Shown here piece after piece: positions 60,173 through 64,000 of a DNA stretch of 64,000 bases. The notes under the pieces are model-generated. The model worked only from the letters and a program-made list of their open reading frames with translations. It ran no database searches and was not told where the DNA came from. This DNA comes from a bacterium (GTDB lineage Bacteria; Patescibacteriota; Patescibacteriia; S139-126): contig DAOUWZ010000002.1 of the NCBI GenBank assembly GCA_030666865.1, positions 24,691 to 88,690 of the forward strand. The letters are read 5' to 3'. The number at the start of each line of letters is the position of its first letter. The first letter of the stretch is position 1. The translations under genes and the position numbers were made by a program.

Positions 60173-61978
60173 ATGTCAAACAAAAAAAAATTAGAAATCA
60201 TCCGCCACTCCCTAGCCCATGTGATGGCGGCTAGCGTCTTGAAACTTTGGCCTCAGACTCGTTTTGGTGTTGGCCCAATCATTGACAATGGATTTTATTA
60301 TGATATAGAAATTCCTGGCACTTCTCTAAAAGAACAGGATTTGAAAAAAATTGCTAAAACCATGAAAAAAATGATTCAAAGCAAAGAATCTTTTACCCAT
60401 AGTGAAATCGCTATTGATGAAGCAATTGCTAAATTTTCTAAACTAAATCAGCCATACAAAATTGAACTCTTAAATAATTTGAAAACAAAAGGCTCAACCC
60501 GTCTAGATGATGCTGAACAAAAAGTAATGCCTCAAGGCGAATCAAAAATTTCCTTATACCAAACAGGTGAATTTTTAGACTTATGCAAAGGTCCTCATGT
60601 TGAAGACTCCGGCGAATTAAAAAATATTGCTTTCTGTCTGCATAAGCTAGCTGGCGCTTATTGGCGTGGCAATGAAGAGAATCAAATGCTTACCAGAATT
60701 TATGGACTGGCTTTTGCTTCTCAAACAGAACTAGATGAACATTTAGAATTATTAGCCGAAGCGGAAAAACGTGATCATCGTAAGCTTGGCCGAGAACTTG
60801 AACTATTTGTTTTTTCAGATCTGATTGGACCGGGCTTGCCGATTTACACGCCAAAAGGGACAATTATTAGAAATGAAATTATAAATTTTTCTCGTGAACT
60901 CCAATCAGCTATTGGCTATGAAGAAGTACACTCACCGCAAATGAATAAAGCTGAACTTTTCAAAACTTCTGGCCATTATGAAAAATTCAAAGATGATATG
61001 ATTTTAGCAAAATCTCACTATACTGATGAAGAATATTTTCTAAAACCAATGAACTGTCCGCAGCATACTCAAATTTACGCTTCCCAAAAACGCAGCTATC
61101 GGAATCTACCATTGCGTTATGCTGATTTTGCCAATCTATTTCGCGATGAAAAACCTGGCGAACTGGCGGGACTAACTCGCCTTCGGTGTTTTTCTCAAGA
61201 CGATGGTCATAGCTTTTGCCGCGAAGATCAAATTGAACAAGAATTCAAATATGTCCTTAATATCGTAAAACAAGCGCTTGACACTTATGGACTGGATTAT
61301 CAAATAAGACTTTCTCTTTGGGATGAAGACAACCAAGACAAATATCTAGGTGACAAAAAAATATGGAACAAATCTCAAAAACTTTTGGAAAAATTACTTA
61401 TTGACAATAAAGTCAAATATTTTGTGGCTGAAGGTGAAGCTGCTTTCTATGGACCAAAAATGGACATTATTGCTACTGACGCACTGAAACGCGAGTTTCA
61501 AATATCCACCATCCAACTTGATTTTAATATGCCAAAAAGATTTGAATTGAAATATACTGATGACAAAGGTAAAGAACAAACTCCGGTAATGATTCATAGA
61601 GCTATTGTTGGTTCACCAGAAAGATTTATGGGAATTTTAATAGAACATTATGGCGGTGTTTTCCCAGTTTGGCTATCCCCTGTTCAAGTCAGTATAATTT
61701 CAGTTGGTGAAGATCACCAAGAATACTGCGAAAAATTAAGCCAAAAATTAAAAGATGCCGATATTCGAGTAGAAGTAGATAGTGCTGATGCCACAGTAGG
61801 AAATAAAATTAGAAAAGCTGTTAAACAAAAAATTCCTTATATACTGGTTATCGGTGATAAGGAGATAAATTCAGATGATTTAATGGTTAGGGTCAGAGGA
61901 CGGAAAAATCTACTTAAAATATCCGAATCTAAATTTATCACCAAAATTCAAACAGAAATAACAAACCGAACTAAGTGA
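60173..61978 (+). CDS. thrS: threonine--tRNA ligase
   Basis: IRHSLAH, DLCKGPH, RDHRKLG, LKPMNCP, AFYGPK, HRAIVGS.ERF. Confidence 0.98.
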   Translation: MSNKKKLEIIRHSLAHVMAASVLKLWPQTRFGVGPIIDNGFYYDIEIPGTSLKEQDLKKIAKTMKKMIQSKESFTHSEIAIDEAIAKFSKLNQPYKIELLNNLKTKGSTRLDDAEQKVMPQGESKISLYQTGEFLDLCKGPHVEDSGELKNIAFCLHKLAGAYWRGNEENQMLTRIYGLAFASQTELDEHLELLAEAEKRDHRKLGRELELFVFSDLIGPGLPIYTPKGTIIRNEIINFSRELQSAIGYEEVHSPQMNKAELFKTSGHYEKFKDDMILAKSHYTDEEYFLKPMNCPQHTQIYASQKRSYRNLPLRYADFANLFRDEKPGELAGLTRLRCFSQDDGHSFCREDQIEQEFKYVLNIVKQALDTYGLDYQIRLSLWDEDNQDKYLGDKKIWNKSQKLLEKLLIDNKVKYFVAEGEAAFYGPKMDIIATDALKREFQISTIQLDFNMPKRFELKYTDDKGKEQTPVMIHRAIVGSPERFMGILIEHYGGVFPVWLSPVQVSIISVGEDHQEYCEKLSQKLKDADIRVEVDSADATVGNKIRKAVKQKIPYILVIGDKEINSDDLMVRVRGRKNLLKISESKFITKIQTEITNRTK

Positions 61979-62158
61979 TGTGCCACCAGCGCTGCTGGTG
62001 GCTTCTATCCTATCCGCTACGCGGGCAGATATCATTCTCGTTGTTAAAGTCTGATGTACTGTATAAAACATGTTACCCTTCGACAAGCTCAGGGAATAAC
62101 ATGTTTTTAATACTGTTTGTTCTGCACATCCTTACCCACAGTGATACCGGGGGTTTTC
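61976..62158 (-). mobile_element. putative non-autonomous IS200/IS605-like element or structured ncRNA
   Basis: Terminal hairpins gccaccagc-gctggtggc and aaacccccggt..actgtggg; about 130-nt internal long hairpin with nested cccttcgacaagctcaggg. Confidence 0.45.
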
Positions 62159-62183
62159 TTTTTATTAATAATTTTATAACACA

Positions 62184-62227
62184 AACATAAACCCAGCTTA
62201 GGGAGCTCCCTAAGCTGGGTTTATGTT
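62184..62227. repeat. perfect 44-bp palindrome, possible terminator between convergent genes
   Basis: aacataaacccagcttagggag|ctccctaagctgggtttatgtt. Confidence 0.8.
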
Positions 62228-62364
62228 ATTAAAATGGAAGAGTGGTTACCTGTCCGTCTCTGGAAAAGGGATGCCTACTTGTCGGCAGATAGAAATTTCA
62301 TTTTTCAAAACACCTTATGATAATAGGTATTCTCTGCTATTACTCTGGATCTAATTACAATTCA

Positions 62365-63495
62365 TTAATCTAATTCTTTAGTTATTACGAATGGCTTATG
62401 TCCAAACCTTTCAGAAGTAATATACCAAGGACTGTCTACCAATTTTGCACTTCCATCAGCCGGATCAATCACATATTTGCTTTCAACTTTCCATGGAATA
62501 ATCCATAAAAATTTAGCAGGTTGTTTAACGCTTAAGTCATAAATTGCTTTTTCGTTCTCAATCCTAAGTGAAAGATCTTTAATGAGAACTTTCGGTTTTT
62601 CAACTCTCAAATCATAAATCGCGGAGTAAATTTCAGACGGGTTAACTCTCAAATCATGCACTTCCTCATTATGAAGCAAATACAATTTTTTATCTTGAAC
62701 TTTAAAATCAGAATAAACTGGCATCATCACTTCTTTTTCTTTATATAAGAATTTAAACTCTGCTGATTTTAGGCCAGGAATTACTTTTAAGTCATATACT
62801 TTCCCATCTGTGATTGCAGAATGAATCTCTAATTCAATAGGAGGCATAACTTCTTTTTCTCTAACAATTTCTTTATAATCAATTATTTGCTCGTCATTTA
62901 CAATAATTCTATTATTAACTAGCTTAAACTCAACTGGCTGATCAACTCTTAAATCAAAAATCGGCTGAATAACTTCATCTCCTTTGAATATTGGTTTATT
63001 TACTTCTTTTGTTTCCAACTTGTAGACAACTTTTTCATCTTCAAGTACAGGTTCTACTACCAAATTTTCAATTGCGGAAAATACTGGAGAAAATATTTCA
63101 GCAGGATTAACTCTTAAATCAAAAATCGCGGATTGAATCTCAGGAGTTACTTTTTTATCTGTTTTAATATAAATTTTAGTTGGATCTAATACTTCCTTTT
63201 CTCTAAAAATCGCTTCTGTATTAAATTCAACTGCTGAGTATACTTCTGACTCAGTCTCTTCTCCTATATAAACATCATATTCAGTTACAACTGCCCCTCT
63301 ATCTTGCTCCTTATCAGAAATCGGCTTATTCACAACAGGATTAGTTATTCCAGAATTCACTTCTTGGTTGCTTATTGGCATATTAACTGTCTGTGTATTA
63401 ACCTCCTGCGCTAAAACAGGAAATACAACAAACGATACAAACAAAAATACCGTTATTACAGTTGCTGTAAAATTTTTCATTTTTTTGTACCTCAT
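62365..63495 (-). CDS. secreted protein with DLRV/REKEV internal repeats
   Basis: Signal peptide (PVLAQ); repeats SAIFDLRV, PIFDLRV, HDLRV, SAIYDLRV, REKEV. Confidence 0.75.
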   Translation of the reverse strand: MRYKKMKNFTATVITVFLFVSFVVFPVLAQEVNTQTVNMPISNQEVNSGITNPVVNKPISDKEQDRGAVVTEYDVYIGEETESEVYSAVEFNTEAIFREKEVLDPTKIYIKTDKKVTPEIQSAIFDLRVNPAEIFSPVFSAIENLVVEPVLEDEKVVYKLETKEVNKPIFKGDEVIQPIFDLRVDQPVEFKLVNNRIIVNDEQIIDYKEIVREKEVMPPIELEIHSAITDGKVYDLKVIPGLKSAEFKFLYKEKEVMMPVYSDFKVQDKKLYLLHNEEVHDLRVNPSEIYSAIYDLRVEKPKVLIKDLSLRIENEKAIYDLSVKQPAKFLWIIPWKVESKYVIDPADGSAKLVDSPWYITSERFGHKPFVITKELD

Positions 63496-63567
63496 AATTT
63501 TTTAAATTAATTATTAAAGCCACTACTATACTATAGTATATATTATTATTCAAATCATATAAAACCC

Positions 63568-63789
63568 TTACTGTGACAATAATGAGGTGGTTTCACAATT
63601 ATATGTCATTCCATAACACAAATCATTATAAGAACCTTTAAGTAATCGTTGGCGCTCAAAACCAATACAATCACAGTAAGCAACACCCGAGCCATCAACC
63701 CAAATTCCTTTACTACTTGACTTTGGGAAGAAAAAAATTATCAAACCTACTACAATTATTATAACAATAATTGGAGTTAATTTTTTCAT
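63568..63789 (-). CDS. small membrane-anchored Cys-rich protein
   Basis: N-terminal TM, C.C.G...CYG...C. Confidence 0.7.
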   Translation of the reverse strand: MKKLTPIIVIIIVVGLIIFFFPKSSSKGIWVDGSGVAYCDCIGFERQRLLKGSYNDLCYGMTYNCETTSLLSQ

Positions 63790-63825
63790 TTTTTTCTCTA
63801 TGACGATTATGTTAAAAATAAAAAC

Positions 63826-64000
63826 TTATTCTGAAATAGGTCGTGCAATACCTGTTTTATAAAGAGAGTTTAATTCTGTGTCAGACAGCGCGTAATCATA
63901 GATTTTTACTTCGTCAATAATGCCGTTGAAAAATTCGCTAAGTCTACCAGAGGCTTCTCTCGCGCCAATAGTAATGAAATCATTACTGTTCCCAACAGAT
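63826..64000 (-). CDS. C-terminal end of a LamG-like jellyroll domain protein (partial)
   Basis: Hand translation: ...FITIGAREASGRLSEFFNGIIDEVKIYDYALSDTELNSLY...*. Confidence 0.85.
   Translation of the reverse strand, partial: SVGNSNDFITIGAREASGRLSEFFNGIIDEVKIYDYALSDTELNSLYKTGIARPISE

Noticed and set aside
43892-61978. Alternative genetic code (UGA=Gly, code 25)
   Set aside because: TGA terminates genes at expected lengths (thrS, sigma factor, mannosyltransferase) and core ORFs are uninterrupted
61975-62190. 71-aa ORF after thrS
   Set aside because: Coincides with a structured palindromic element and shows no protein features

Overview
AT-rich bacterial chromosome segment, most consistent with a Patescibacteria (CPR/Parcubacteria-like) genome using standard code 11. 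This assignment is inferred from gene content and order and from mostly SD-less core genes. Core content: dcw cluster (mraZ-rsmH-ftsL-ftsI, murF), tsaB, pseudouridine synthase, rplJ-rplL with L10 leader, mltG, manC, pcm, lower glycolysis (gap ... pgk, eno, two gpmI), pyrH-tsf-rpsB, rpmE-prfA...prmC, rplY, rodA, dnaE, T-box-controlled thrS and tRNA-Glu. Accessory content: (1) a five-gene operon (Acg-type nitroreductase, Rv1355c-like ThiF/E1 enzyme, Leu/Phe/Val dehydrogenase, PaaK-like adenylating enzyme, 7TM histidine kinase) lying between gap and pgk, which is the best candidate for an undescribed signal-synthase/receptor system; (2) a higher-GC island with a PEGA-repeat lipoprotein and a beta-barrel-like protein; (3) an orphan FliA/WhiG sigma factor; (4) a frameshifted pgpA; (5) an antisense ORF between the T-box and thrS; (6) a pilin-like gene bracketed by 21-bp inverted repeats; (7) many miniature palindromic repeats and MITE-like elements, several nested inside one another. 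All product calls come from motif recognition by eye; no database searches were run.
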